Source: Mobula hypostoma
Taxonomy: Eukaryota
Length of the DNA: 64,000 bases
NCBI RefSeq assembly: GCF_963921235.1
Contig: NC_086097.1
Span: 170,192,001 to 170,256,000 of the forward strand
Direction: 5' to 3'
Shown: positions 1-12,969 of the stretch, piece after piece
Numbering within the stretch: the first letter of the stretch is position 1
Layout of the letters: the number at the start of each line of letters is the position of its first letter
Notes under the pieces: model-generated
The model's input: the letters and a program-made list of their open reading frames with translations, nothing else
What the model was told of the DNA's origin: nothing
Databases searched by the model: none
Program-made: the position numbers and the translations under genes

Positions 1-341
1 ATCAACACAGTGTAATCTTTAACAACGAGCTGATTGGAGGACCAACGGCCTTACTAACTTCAAAGAAATACAATGATGTTTATAAATTCACTAACCTGCT
101 TATTTTTTAACCCATTAGGTAAGCTGAAGATGTGGTCACTGAATAGTTAATTTAATGAAGTGGCAAATGATGAGACATGATTTCAAATTACACCCTCCTG
201 CTTGGGAATTTAAATTCAAGTAATTAAGTATATTTGGAATGAAAAACTAATTCAGTAGTGTTAGCTGTTTTCTCTTTCCACAGATGCTGCTTGACTGGCT
301 GAGATCATCCAGCATTTCTGTTTCAGTCTTAGTAACAGTGA

Positions 342-690
342 CCATGAAAACCATAAGGCCATAAAACCATAAAACATAGGAGCAGAATCAGGCCATTCAG
401 CCCATCGAGTCTGGTCTGTCATTTGATCATGGCTAATTTATTTTTCCTCTCAACACCATTCTCCTGCCTTTTGTCAGTAACCTTCGACACTCTTGTTAAT
501 CAAGAACATATCAACTTCTGCTTTAAATATACCCAATGACTTGACCTCCACAGCCATCTGTGGCAATGAATTCCACAGATTCACCACCATCTGGCTAAAG
601 TAACTTCTGTTCATTTCTGTTCTAAGGAGACATCCTTCTATCCTGAGGGTGTGTCCTCTGGTCCGAAACTCTCTGTCTATTGGAAACATC
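342..690 (-). mobile_element. CR1-clade LINE, 3' end fragment
   Basis: ORF 474-689 (RTRGHTLRIEG...FSQMVVNLWNSLP...FKAEVD) is the CR1 ORF2 C-terminus; short AACCATA-type repeat tail at ~340-376. Confidence 0.85.
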
Positions 691-699
691 CTTTCTATG

Positions 700-1000
700 G
701 ATGAGGACAGACTCTTTGTAATATTTACACCTCAGAACTTGAAGCTGTCAACACTCTTGACCTCAGCACCATTGGTGTAAACAGGAGCATGTGTAGCAAC
801 CCCCTTTCTGAGATCAATAACCAGCACTTTGACTTTGTTGAGATTGAGGAAAAGGTTGTTACCGTGATAACATGTCACTGAGCTCTCTATCTCCTTCCTG
901 TACCCCAACTCATCGTTATTTGAGATGCAGCCCACTGCAGTGGTATCATCTGCGAATTTGAAGATGGAGTTAGAGCAGTCATTAGTGTACAGGAAGTAGA
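700..1000 (-). mobile_element. Rex1/Babar-type LINE RT fragment
   Basis: ORF 732-1067 contains LYTNDC...KFADDTT...NNLFLNLNKVK...IDLRK...VDSFKF. Confidence 0.8.
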
Positions 1001-1639
1001 GCACAGGGCTGAGATTAAGGATAGGATGATGTGGGCTCAGGGCAAATGGGTTGCTAATGGCCAGCATGCCCGAGACTCTATAATGATTAGGGACGGACTA
1101 CAAAGTAACTCTCAAAAAGCAAATTGCTGCAGCAACTCAGCAGTACAGGCAATATCTATGGAAGGAAATGGATAGTTGGTGAATTGGTTTGAGACCTTTC
1201 ATCCGCATGCCATGAATGAAAAGCAAAACGAATCCAACCTCTCAGAATAAACCGATATCAATGCAAGCCGACATGGTAATTAAGATAGGAAAAATCTAAA
1301 ACACACAACATAGGATCCTTAGCTCCTAGGACAGAATGTAAAGGAGTAACTTGAGATGGATCAAGAGGGTTTGCATAAAATTAGTGGGTAAAAGATTAAA
1401 ATGCATAACAAATGTTAGACATCAGGTCTTTACAGCTCTCATTATTAAATCATGCATTTCTTTGCACTGTAGCCACTTCTTGAAGATAATGTGAATGCCA
1501 GTCCCTATCCTGTCCCCTAGTGATACCCTCTAAGTGGTTGTGGTCTACAGGGCAAGTCCAAATCCTACAGTGGTTAGTGTGCTGTATTGAGTGAAGGAAA
1601 GGACTGAAAAAAACTATTGCCGAATTATTGACATGCATA

Positions 1640-2140
1640 TAAAACACAACACAATGCAGGAATAGGCTCTTGGGCCCACCATGATGTTTCTGCCAACCGT
1701 GATGCCAGTCTGAACTAATTCCATCTTCCCATGCATGGTCTGTGTCCCTGCACTACCTGCCTCTTCATGTGACTGTCCAACTGCCTCTTAAATGTTGCTA
1801 TTGGATCTGCTTTCACCAGCACTTCTGCAGCTGTTCCCACTCCTGCCATTCTCTGTGTAGCAAGCTTGCCTCATATGTCTCCTTTAGACTTCTCTCTCTC
1901 ACCTCTCCCTCTCTTCCCTCTCACCTTAAAGCTATTTCCACTAGTATATGACTATGTACTCTATTTTTGGCTCTACCTCCAGAGAAAATAATCCAGGATT
2001 GGCCATCCTCTCTTTATAGCTAAAACTCTCTAATCCAGGCAACATCCTACTGACCCCCTTTGGTTCCCTTTTAAAGTCTCCATATCCTTCTTGTAATGTG
2101 GTGACCAAAATTACGCACAGTACTTCAAATGTAGACTAAC
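1640..2140 (-). mobile_element. Degenerate CR1 3' remnant
   Basis: Resembles the reverse complement of other CR1 3' ends in the window (e.g. GTGACCAAAATTACGCACAGTACTTCAAATGT, the LEYCVQFWSP-like segment). Confidence 0.6.
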
Positions 2141-2559
2141 CCCATAGTTTATGCCTCATGCATTTTTTAACACCTCATCTACTTGCACAATAGAGCAAAG
2201 GATCACACAATTGAGCACGTGGCACCCACATCCAGGACAGTGAAAAATACACATTCACACCCAAAGTGGCACATTTACAAATGCATACCAGAAAGCACTT
2301 GTGCACCATAACACACAGTGCAGTCACACGCATACAGTACATCCAAGTGCAGACTCCAGAACACACAACCTCATACACACACAGATCTGAACACAATTAC
2401 AAATGACAGAGTCATTACTTCCTTGACAGTCAGATTCCATTTGCATGATTTTAATCAATACCAAACACTTTACATGAGGGCTACATTGTTAGCAATTCTC
2501 CTTGAAGCAGTTTCCCAGATTTAATTTAATATGGTTAGTTTAATTACTTGGAAGTTGAA

Positions 2560-2860
2560 AAAAAACTTGCATTAACAAAGCACCTTTCAAGACGTCCTAC
2601 AGCACTTTTTACATTGAAGCACTTCTGACACAATATGATAGCTTACTAGTTAACTCCTCCAATCAGCAATGTAATGATGAACAGTTAATTTGCTTTATTT
2701 ATGAGCAAGTGATTTAAACTGCCCAGGGGACTGGAGTATACAGAGTACCAACAGTGAAAGAATGCTACTGAATTTTCTTGAATCCATTCAAGAGGTCAGC
2801 TTGGGACCTTAGTTTAATATCTTGCCCAAAAATGCAGCATCCTTTGCCTTGAACTGTTCA
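2560..2860 (-). mobile_element. Ancient Deu-domain SINE remnant
   Basis: Recalled similarity to the DeuSINE consensus (AACTTGCATT...CAGCAATGTAATGATGAACAG...TTTAATATC); highly diverged. Confidence 0.45.
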
Positions 2861-3479
2861 CACAGCTGTAGGTGTTACCGCCTGACGGGATGGGGCATTG
2901 TGGGTAAATTTAACTGAGACATGGAATCCTATGAAAGATATTCACGTTGTCCTCTCCAACTCTCCATCACCTTCTCTGCAATGAAAAGATCCACTTGTTT
3001 TCCCTCTTCCCCAGTTATGATGAAGTGTCCCAGATGTGAAACCTCAACTCTTATTTCTCTCTCCGTGGATGCTGCCTGACCTGCTGAGCTGTTCTGACAA
3101 TTTAGTTCAGATTTCTGGCATTTGTAGTTTTTTAAAAATTGTTATTCTCCGAGGAAGCTCATTATATCTTTCAGCTTCCAATCCTTCCCATTACAAATTA
3201 TTTCCACTGGATACTCAAGAGACTACAGATACTGGAATCTGGAGCAAATCTGATGGCAGAGAGGAAGAATTTATTCATAACATATTGAGTGTGGGTCCTC
3301 AGGCTCCTGTGCCTTCTGCTTGATTGAATAGTGAATAAGAGGAAGGTGAGAGTCCTGAATGAAGAATGCCACCACTTTTTGAAGATGTCCTTGTGCCCAT
3401 GATGGATCTGGCTGAGTCTACAGCCTCTTGCAAAGCCGTGAGTTTGATCTCCATACCAAGCCGTGATGCATTGATGGAG

Positions 3480-5026
3480 AGTTTGCTGAGACCTTCATCC
3501 TCTCGCTTCGGCAGTCTGAGGCACCCACCTGCTTCAAACAGGCTTCAATTATACCCATGCCTAAGAAGAACATGGTGACCAGCCTCAATGGCTATCATCC
3601 AGTAGCACTTACATCCACTGTGATGAAGTGTTTTGAGAGGTTGGTGATGAAAATATCAACTCCTGCCTGGGAAGTCACTAAGATCCACACCAATTTGCCT
3701 ACTGTCACAATAGGTCCACAGCAGATGCCAATTCACTGACTCTTCACTCAACTCTGGAACATCTGGACGACAAAGATGTATATATCAGGATGCTCTTTTT
3801 TGACTACAGCTCAGCATTCAATGCAATCATCCCCTCAAAACTAATCAATAAGCTTCTAGACCTTGCTCTCAAACATTTTTGTGCAATTGGATCCTCAATT
3901 TCCTCACTTGCAGACCCCACTTAGTTCGGACTGGTAACAACATCTCCTCCACAATCTCCATCAGCACAGGTTCACCATAAGGCTGTGTGCTTAGCCCCCT
4001 GCTCTACTTGCTTTATATCTATGACTGTGTGGTGAGGCACAGCACCAATGCCATATTTAAATTTGCTGATAACAGCACTGTTGTAGGCTAAATCAAAGGT
4101 GGTGATGAATCAGCATACAGAGGGAGATTTGAGATCTGGCTGACTGGTGCCATAACAACAATCTCGTACTCAATATCAGCAAGACCAAGGAGCTGATTAT
4201 TGACTTCAGGAGAAGGAAACCAGAGGTCCCCGAGCCGGTCCTTATTGAAGGATCAGAGGTGGAGAAGGTCAGCAAACTTTAAATTCCTCAGTGTTATTAT
4301 CTCGGAGGACCTGTCCTGCGTCCAGCAATTTGGAAGAACGCATGGTAGTGCCTCTATTTTCTTAGAAGTTTGTAAGTGACATCTAAAATTTTGAAAAACT
4401 TCTATAGATGTGTAGTGGAGAGTATACTGACTGGCTGCATCACAGCCTAGAATGGAAACACCAATGCCCTTGAACAGAAAATCCGACAAGAGGTAGTGGA
4501 TACTGTCCTGTCCATCGCAGTTAAAGACCTTGCCACTGCTGAGCACATCTCCAAGAAACGCTGTCACAGGAAAGTCGCATCCATCATCAGGGACCTCCAC
4601 CCAGGACTTCTCATTGCTGGCATTGAAGAAGATACAGGAGCCTCAGGACTCACCTCACCAGGCTCAGGAACAGTTACTACCCTCAATCACCAGGCTCTTC
4701 AACCAAAGGGGATAATTTTACTTAACATCACTTGCTCCATCCTTGAAGTGTTCCCACAACTACTGGATTTACTTCCAAGGACTCTTCATCACATGTTCTC
4801 AGTATTTATTGCTTCTTTATTTAGTATTATTTCTTTAATTTTGCATTTGCAGTTTGTTGTCTGATGCAGACTGGCTGAACGTTTAAGTTGGGAAGTCTTT
4901 CATTGATTCTGTTATGGTTGTTATTCTATAGATTTATTGAGTATGCTCATAAGAAAATGAATCTCAGGGTTATATAGGGTGACATATATGTACAAATTTT
5001 GTACTTGTATAATAAAATCTGCTTTG
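3480..5026 (+). mobile_element. Rex1/Babar LINE, 5'-truncated, nested in an older opposite-strand copy
   Basis: YHPVALTSTVMKCFERLV, DYSSAFN, GCVLSPLLY and KFAD motifs in broken frames; AATAAA near 5011. Flanks ~3240-3470 and ~5045-5385 read as one minus-strand Rex remnant. Confidence 0.85.
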
Positions 5027-8000
5027 TTTTTTTTTCTTGGATACAATCAGTCAGAATGCTCTTCACAGTACATCTATAGAAATTTGCTAGAGTCTTTGGT
5101 GACATACCATATCCCCTCAAACTCCTAACAAAGCAGAGCTGCTGGTGTGCTTTCTTCAGGATAGCATCAACGTATTGGGCCCAGGATCAATCTTCCTTGA
5201 TATTGACACCCAGAAAACTGAAGCTGCTCATCCTTTCCACCGCTGGTAAATCAGTGACAACCGGTGTGTGTTCTCACAACTTCCCCTTCCTGAATTCCAT
5301 AATCAATTCCTTGCTTTCGCTGATGTTAAGCTTGAAGCTGTTGTTGCGCCACCACTCAATCAGCTGATCTATCTCACTCCTGTCTACGTAGAATTAGTGT
5401 TCTTGATTTCTTTTATATAAACAGTTAATGTGTTTCTAAATTCTGTTGATCATCACAGCCAAATTGAAACAGACTTTGAAATAGAATCAGAATCATTGAC
5501 GGGCCTTTTGGTCCAACTTTCCATGCTATCTTATTGTCTACCTGAGATAGCCCCAGTTCCCTATGTTTGGTCCATATCCCAATCTTTCCTATCTATGCAC
5601 CTATCTAAATATCCTGTAAACACTATAAGTAGTTCAAAGGTTGAAAGGTACGTTTATTATCAAGGCATACAACTTGAAATTCTTCTTCACCAAGTAGACA
5701 TGAAATCAAGAAGGAAAAGAAAGGTAGCACGATCATCAACCCCCAAAATACTCCTCCCTGCACAAAAAAACAAACAGAACAGGTACCTCCAAATCTCCCC
5801 TCCCGTACTAATAAAACAGATATATCAACCCTACTTCCCTCCTCCCCACACAAAAAAACAGACAAAAAGGGACAGGTTCATTGACCCCCCCCATCCCTCC
5901 TCTACACAAATAAAAGGAGCAAAAATGGAACAGGCACATAAACCCCCAATTCTCTCCTCCCTGCACAAAAAAACGAACGATTGGGTGAAAAACACAGAAT
6001 ATAAAAATATCTACAGTCCAAGTCCACATCCAAAACACAGAAAACCTGGGCAACACTCTATGGGCCCAGGGGCCAGGTGCAGACTTTTCCCTCTCTGTAA
6101 CAGACTGATCTGACAGGTAACCGCCGCTCACCTTACTCGCCGCGATACTTCAATGTCCCTCATTGCTTTAATCAGCGAACAATGGAAGCTTCAAATGGTG
6201 AAATGGAGTTCAATAATGGCTTGTGCCCCTTCCTGCAGCATTCCTGCCATGAAGTGCATGCACACTGTCTCCATCCCCCAGAATCTTCTCAGAGACCGCA
6301 CAGCGCTGAAACACCCAAAAGATCTCTAAACTTCCGCATTTGCCTCGATGCTTCAATCTCCCTTGTTGCTTTAATCGGCAAACAATGGAGGATTTAATTG
6401 GTGAGATGAAGTCGAGCATCGGCTCGCAGCCTGCCCACGGTGAGGTTCATGCACACTACCTCTGCCTCTTTCTCTTTTTTCAATATTTTTATTGATATTA
6501 TGTAAATTACATGGACAAATACAAAATTCATAAGGATACAAATAAATAATACAAATTACATTACATTTAAATCACAGTAATATGATCACAGTATCCCATA
6601 TTCCAAAACAATCATGTATAAAATTGAATTATGAAATTAAATAGAATAAAATAATTGTATTTTATTAAGAAAATCATTTTATTAAAAATATTATAATAAT
6701 TATTATAATAATAATGGCTCAGATCCATAATTTAATAACAGTTCAAAGATTGTGAAAATAATTCAGAAAGGGTACCCATAACATTAGGAAGTCATGTTTA
6801 GAATCAGAAATAGAACAACGAATCTTCTCTAGATCAAGGCACAACATAACGTCAGATAGCCAATGAACATGAGTGGGCGGGGCAGCCTCCTTCCACTTGA
6901 GCAAGGTCACCCTCCTGGCCATAAGAGACATAAAGGCCAATACCCACAAATTAGATGGTTTCAATTTTGTAGTACTATCCTCAACAATACCAAACAAGGA
7001 TTGAGCTTAAAGCTGACATTGAAATGTACAGAAAAAGTCTGAAATACATCTTTCCAGAATTTTTCAAGGCTCCGACATGTCCAAAACATATGAATTAGTG
7101 TGGTCACTCCATTAGTACATCTATCACAGTAAGGGGAAATATCTGCGCAGAAACGGGAACGCTTATCTTTAGACATATGAACTCTATGTACCACTTCGAA
7201 TTGTAATAAAGAATGACGAGCTCATAATGATGAAGAATTAGTCAATTTAAAAATAATCTTCCAGCTCTCATCAGATATAAAAATCTGTAAATCCTTTTCC
7301 CAGTCTCCTTTAATTTTATCTAAAGAGGCCATTTTCAGTCCCAACAGTAGACCATAAATGTAAGATATTGAACTGTTATCAAAGGGTTTCAGATTAGAAA
7401 TTATATTATATTCTTATCTGGACTTCAGGAAATGTAAGTAATTGAGATCTTAAAAAATCTCTAATCTGTAAGTATTGAAAAAATTGAGTGTTGGAAAGGT
7501 TAAATTTCGTTGAAAGGTGCACAAAAGAAGAGAGATTCCCTCCATCAAACAAATCCTGAAATTGTTTAATACCCAATCTATCCCATTCTTTAAAAGATGA
7601 GTCAATTAGAGATGGTTTGAAAAAACAATTAGAAAATATGGGACTTGAGAGGGAGAATCTCAATAAACCAAAATGTTTTCTAAACTGTAACCAAATCCTC
7701 AATGTATATTTAACCACCACATTGTCAATTAGTTTATTTCAAGATAAAGGAAGCGAGGATCCAAGTAAATAAATAATGGAAAACTTTATAACAGATTTGA
7801 CTTCCAAATAAACCCATGTAGGGCAATTCTCATGGTTAATGTAATATACCCAGAACGTAGTATTACGTTTATTAACTGCCCAATAATATAACCTAAAATT
7901 GGGTAAGGCAAATCCTCCATTCTGTTTGGTTTTTTGAAGGTGAGCTTTATTTATACAGGTTTTTTATTCTTCCATATATAGGAAGAAAAAATTGAATCCA

Positions 8001-9548
8001 AAGAGTCAAAAAAACAGGCACAGCTTGAAAAAGGTATATAAATTTCAGTAAAATATCCATTTTAATAGAATTGATTCGGCCAATCAGTGATAAAGAGAGA
8101 GGCGACCAATTATAAAGTGCTTTTTTAACATAATTCAATAAACTTAAAAAATTATCCTTATATAAATCTTTATAATTCTTAGTCATTGTTACTCCTAAAT
8201 ACGTAAGTTGTTTTCTTAAAAATTTAAAAGGAAGGTTAATATCAGTTGGTATTAAATTGTTCAAAGGAAACACTTCACTCTTCTGTAAATTTAATTTATA
8301 TCCTGACAACTGACTAAAATTAGTAAACGAAACAGAAGTGGTAAGGAGGTTGTAACATTAGATATAAAAAGCAATAAGTCATCAGCACAGAGTGACACTT
8401 TATGAATAGTACCTCTCCTTAAAATACCAGTGATCTCTTTAGACTCTCGAAAAGCAATTGCTAAGTGTTCTAATACCAGATCAAAAAGCAGAGGACTCAA
8501 AGGGCAACCTTATCTAGTCCCACGTTGGCGTTTAAAGGGTTTAGAATTCTGAAAATTAGTAAGAACCCGAGCGGAGGGAGATAAATAAAGTAATTTAATC
8601 CAATGAATAAAATTAGGTCCAAAATTCAATTTTTCTAAGGATGTAAATAGAAAGTTCCATTCAACTCTGTCAAAAGCCTTCTCCGCATCCAAGGATATCA
8701 CACGTTCTGTATTTCCTTAGATGGAGAGTACATAACATTTAACAAACATTGTATATTAAAATGGGAATATTGATTTTTAATAAATCCTGTCTGATCATCT
8801 GAAACTATAGAAGATATAATATTTTCAAGTCTGTGAGCCAACACTTTAGATAAAATTTTAGTATCAAAATTGAGTAAAGAGATAGGTCTATACGAAGAAC
8901 ATTCAGTAAGGTTCTTATTCTTTTTGAGAATGAGCGAAATGGAAGCTTCGTAAAAAGACTGTGGTAGTCTTCCTAGCTTAAAGGAATCAGTAAGGGTAGA
9001 ACTTAAGTGTGGTATAAGCAAGGAGGAAAAAGCCTTATAGAACTCTCCAGAGAATCCATCGGGTCCTGGGGATTTCCCAGAATGCAATTCTCGAATAGCC
9101 TGAGCAATTTCCTCCGAGGAAACAGGTTGATCCAATTACCTACGATCATCTAACGAAAGATTAGGAATACTTAATTGATCTAAAAAATTATTCATTGCAA
9201 TATTATTATTAACAGAGTCAGAACGATACAATTTAGAATAAAATTCCCTAAAACTGTCATTATTTTCAAAGTGGTCAGTTGTCATGTCCCCATTAATTTT
9301 ACGTATTTCTTTAATTTGCTGCTTGGCTTCAATTGATTAGCCAGTAGCTTACCAGTTTTATCTCCATGAATATAAAATTGACTTCTATCTTTTAAAATTT
9401 GGCTTTCAATTGGATACGTTAAAAGAAGATCATATTTAGTTTTAGTTTCAGTACTGTACATCTCTTATATGTTTCAGGATCAGGTACAAAAGCATATTTA
9501 AGGTCCAGTTGTTTTAACTAATTGGCTAATTTATTTCTCTCTTTGTTA

Positions 9549-10196
9549 AGCAACACACATAAAAGTTGCTGGTGAATGCAGCAGGCCAGGCAGCATCTAT
9601 AGGAAGAGGTACAGATGACGTTTCGGGCCGAGACCCTTCATCAGGACTAACTGAAAGAAGAGCTAGTAAGAGATTTGAAAGTGGGAAGGGGAGGGGGAGA
9701 TCCAAAATGATAGGAGAAGATGGGGGGGTGGGGTGGAGGGATGGAGCCAAGAGCTGGACAGTTGATTGGCAAAAGGGATATGAGAGGATCATGGGACGGG
9801 AGGCCTAGGGAGAAAGAAAGGGGGGGGAGCCCAGAGGATGGGCAATAACGGATGGGGTACGAGGTGGAGGTGGGGCATTAATGGAAGTTAGAGAAGTCAA
9901 TGTTCATGCCATCAGGTTGGAGGCTACCCAGATGAAATATAAGGTGTTGTTCCTCCAACCTGCGTGGGGCTTCATCTTTACAGTAGAGGAGGCCGTGGAT
10001 AGACATATCAGAATGGGAATGGGACGTGGAATTAAAATGTGTGGCCACTGGGAGATTCTGCTTTCTCTGGCGGACAGAGCGTCGGTGTTCAGCGAAACGG
10101 TCTCCCATTCTGTGTTGGGTCTTGCCAATATATAGAAGGCTGCATCAGGGGCACCGGACGCAGTATATCACCCCAGCCGACTCACAGGTGAAGTGC
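9549..10196 (-). mobile_element. Penelope-like element (GIY-YIG C-terminus plus pseudo-LTR) inserted in L1 ORF2
   Basis: GDRFAEHRRSV...PVATHFNS...RRLEEQHLIFHLGSLQPDGMN; TSD CTTTGTTA at 9541-9548 and 10197-10204. Confidence 0.9.
9612..9648 (-). ncRNA. Minimal type I hammerhead ribozyme motif in Penelope pseudo-LTR
   Basis: Minus strand reads AGTC-CTGATGA-AGGGTCTCGGCCC-GAAAC-GTC-ATCTG: core boxes, stem II and GUC triplet are intact; stem I is mutated in this copy. Confidence 0.75.
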
Positions 10197-11616
10197 CTTT
10201 GTTAGCTTTTTAAATGATGTTTGCAGTATAAGAAATAATTTGACCCTGGATGTATGCTTTAAAAGTATCCTATATAATAAGGCTAGATGTCTCTTCAAAT
10301 GTATTTTCTTCAAAAAAAAGAGTGATTTGATTCTCCATAAATTTAAAAAATCCTCATTGGATAACAGAGTGAAATTAAATCGCCAAAATCTACTCATGGG
10401 GATAGGACCAGGAAGATTTAAAGATAGAAGTACAGGAGAGTGGTCAGAAATAGCAACCTCTTTATATTCGATCTTTCGAACTAATGGAATCATTTGACTA
10501 TCAATAAAAAAAATAGTCAATCCTGGTATAAGAACGATGAAGATGGGAGAAAAAAGAATACTCCCTTTCCATCAGATGGAGAAATCGACTATAATACATT
10601 TAGTTAGAAAGGATTGGGTAAACAAAGCTGATTTATTAAGTGTGGCTGGTTTAATAGATGAGCGATCTAATACTGGATCTAACCAGCAGTTAAAATCTCC
10701 TCCCATCACAAGAGAGTAAGTACACAAATTTGGCAAAATGAAAATAGACGTTCAGAAAATCCTGGATCATCTACATTGGGGCAAATACATTAGCAAAAAC
10801 AATCAATTTACTGTCTAAACTCCCTGATTCAATAACAAATTGACCATTGGGGTCCGAAACAACTTTATGCTGAATAAAGGAAACTGTATTATGGACAAAA
10901 ATCGAAACTCCACGTGATTTTGTGTTAAACGAAGAATGGAATTGCATACCCTTCCACCGAGTAAAAAAATGTAAGCTATCACAGCTGCATATGTACGTTT
11001 CTTATAAGAAAATAATGGGTGCTTTTAATTTTTTAATAAAAGAAAACACTTTTTGATGGGGTGATTCAGCCCTTTCGCATTCAAACTAAATAAGTTAATA
11101 TTTCGAACTATTTTAAATATCAATCAACATGTAATTGAATGATCTGGCCATAAGTTATGAAAACTAGAAAGCAAACCGCAAAGTAAGATATTCAAACAAA
11201 CAATCATATATTCAACCCAACACAGCTTCCAGAGAAAAATAGTCCCTACCCCCTCCCCCATCCAAAGCGAAAAATCTGACCAATAGACAGTCAGCAAGCT
11301 AAGAACTAAGTACCTGCCCCAAAAAATCCTGTTGATGGAAAAAACTCCAGTCCTGCAAGGTCATTATGTCCCTGCCAAGACACAACATAAAAAGAAAAGT
11401 AACTCAGCATTCGAAAATATGAAAGGATCAGTTTAAACAAATTCAGAGAAAGCTGTATTAAAATAAAGCCTCAAAAAGGGATAAAATAAAGAAGCATCAA
11501 AAAAATGTAACAAAAGACAATATTTGACTAGCCAAAACGTAAGCTTAATGAAACCTTATTTCAAATTCATATTAACAGAAGAAAAAAAACTTGATCAAAT
11601 AAGAAATATAACGGTT

Positions 11617-12402
11617 TTAGACTTTATCCTTCAGAAACTCTTTTGCATCTTCAACCGACTTTATTCTTTTTTGCAATCCATTCTTCAAAACAATACTCAG
11701 ACAGGCGGGGAACTGAAGGGATGGTTTGTATCCTTTGTTGTAAAATTCCGACATAACTTCTTTATATTTCATGCAATCAGCCATAACTTCAGGTGAATAA
11801 TCTTCCACAAATCTTATCTTGTAATTTCGGAAACCGATCATTCCTTGTTAATGGGTATGGCGAATTAAAAGGTCCTTAATACGAAAGTCATGAAGGGTTA
11901 GAATGACCAATCTGGGTTTTGCCGCTGAAGACAATGGCTTCAAACTTGGAGAGCGATAAACTCGATTGAGCTTCAGCTCAGAAGTGAAGAAAGCAGGGAA
12001 AAGCTGTTTCAGAAAGTTTGCAAAAAACTTCGTAGGGTCAGTGCCTTCAATTGATTCTTCAAGACCCAGAATTCGCAAGTTATTTCTCCTGTTTCTATTT
12101 TCAAGACTGATGATCCTTTTCAGCATTTTATCATTGGATAAAGATAACTCTTTGCAGAGTTTAATTGTATCCTCAACGTCCTCTTTAAGTGATATCAGCT
12201 TCGCAGTATTTTCCTGGATTCGGTTCTCATGCTCAGATAGAGTTTGTTGAATTGTATCCAATTTGCCATTAAGTCGTTGAAACTCCTCAGAAAATTCCGA
12301 TTTTTGCCGTTTATGGAAGTGACTGATTGAATCCAAAGAGACTGGGGATTCATCTTCTGTTTCCCTTTCTTTTGCAGACGCTTTGGTTCTTTTCCCACCC
12401 AT
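11617..12402 (-). pseudogene. L1 ORF1p (coiled coil plus RRM/CTD), one in-frame stop
   Basis: LENRNRRNNLRILGLEES...KPRLVIL...RFVEDYS...LQFPACL; stop at 11848-11850, with ORFs 11848-12402 and 11617-11841 in frame. Confidence 0.9.
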
Positions 12403-12969
12403 AGTAAAGCAGTATTAAAATATCACAATAAGGTTTCAAAAAAAAGACTGGTGGGAGACAGTTAAGTAAACAGGGTAGGAGCACTCAAAAAATGATGCTA
12501 CTCCATCAGCTGCCAACAGAGCTCTCCGCCTCTGCCTCTGGGAATTCTCTCAGAGACTGCAGGGTGCTAAAACACCCCAGTGATCTCCAGATAGCATACT
12601 ATGAGCTCCAGCAGTTCCAGAATCTCATCCAAGATGAAAAACAAATACAAAAGACAGAAAATAATTAGAATATATGGTTTGATGATCTATCCAGGAGATG
12701 TCAATCGAAGAAGGGTTGTATGCAGGCGTCATTTTGACCAGAAATAATTGTAGCCACCCAACCACTTACCCTGGCAGCTTATTCCATATACCCACCAACC
12801 CGTCTGTGATGAAGTTGCCTCTTAGCCCCCTTCTAGATATTTACCCTCTCACTTAAAACCAATACACCTAAATTTGGTTTCCTCTGTGCTGAGGGAAAGA
12901 CTATAACCATCCATTTTATCTACATCCTTCATGATATCCTTCATGTCCTACCCATTCCCCCTTATTCTA

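Larger units (their letters stand above)
6743..11111 (-). pseudogene. L1 ORF2p (APE endonuclease, RT, CCHC), fragmented
   Basis: SLNAKGLN, ISDHSP, KSPGPDG, YRPISLLN, SLDAEKAFDRVEW, RQRGTR, CADD (mutated YADD), CDRC-x8-HMFWTC; many stops and frameshifts. Confidence 0.9.
6470..12528 (-). mobile_element. Full-length L1-clade LINE (inactivated)
   Basis: TSD CCTCTGCCTCT at 6459-6469 and 12529-12539; ORF1, spacer, ORF2 fragments; minus-strand AATAAA at 6488-6493 and A-rich tail. Confidence 0.93.
5630..12745 (-). mobile_element. Non-coding LINE-tailed repeat (5630-6469 plus 12529-12745) interrupted by L1
   Basis: End motif TTCAAAG...TTTATTATCAA...ATACAAC..GA is also seen at ~28340-28420; internal duplication GCTTTAATC.GC.AACAATGGA at ~6165 and ~6368; the two halves are joined by the L1 TSD. 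Confidence 0.5.

Noticed and set aside
3..125. Possible exon ending at AG|GTAAGC (~118)
   Set aside because: All three plus frames contain stops before the donor, and no protein is recognisable.
5430..6113. 227-aa ORF
   Set aside because: Non-ATG start; it crosses several repeat boundaries and reads A/C-rich low-complexity sequence antisense to a repeat.
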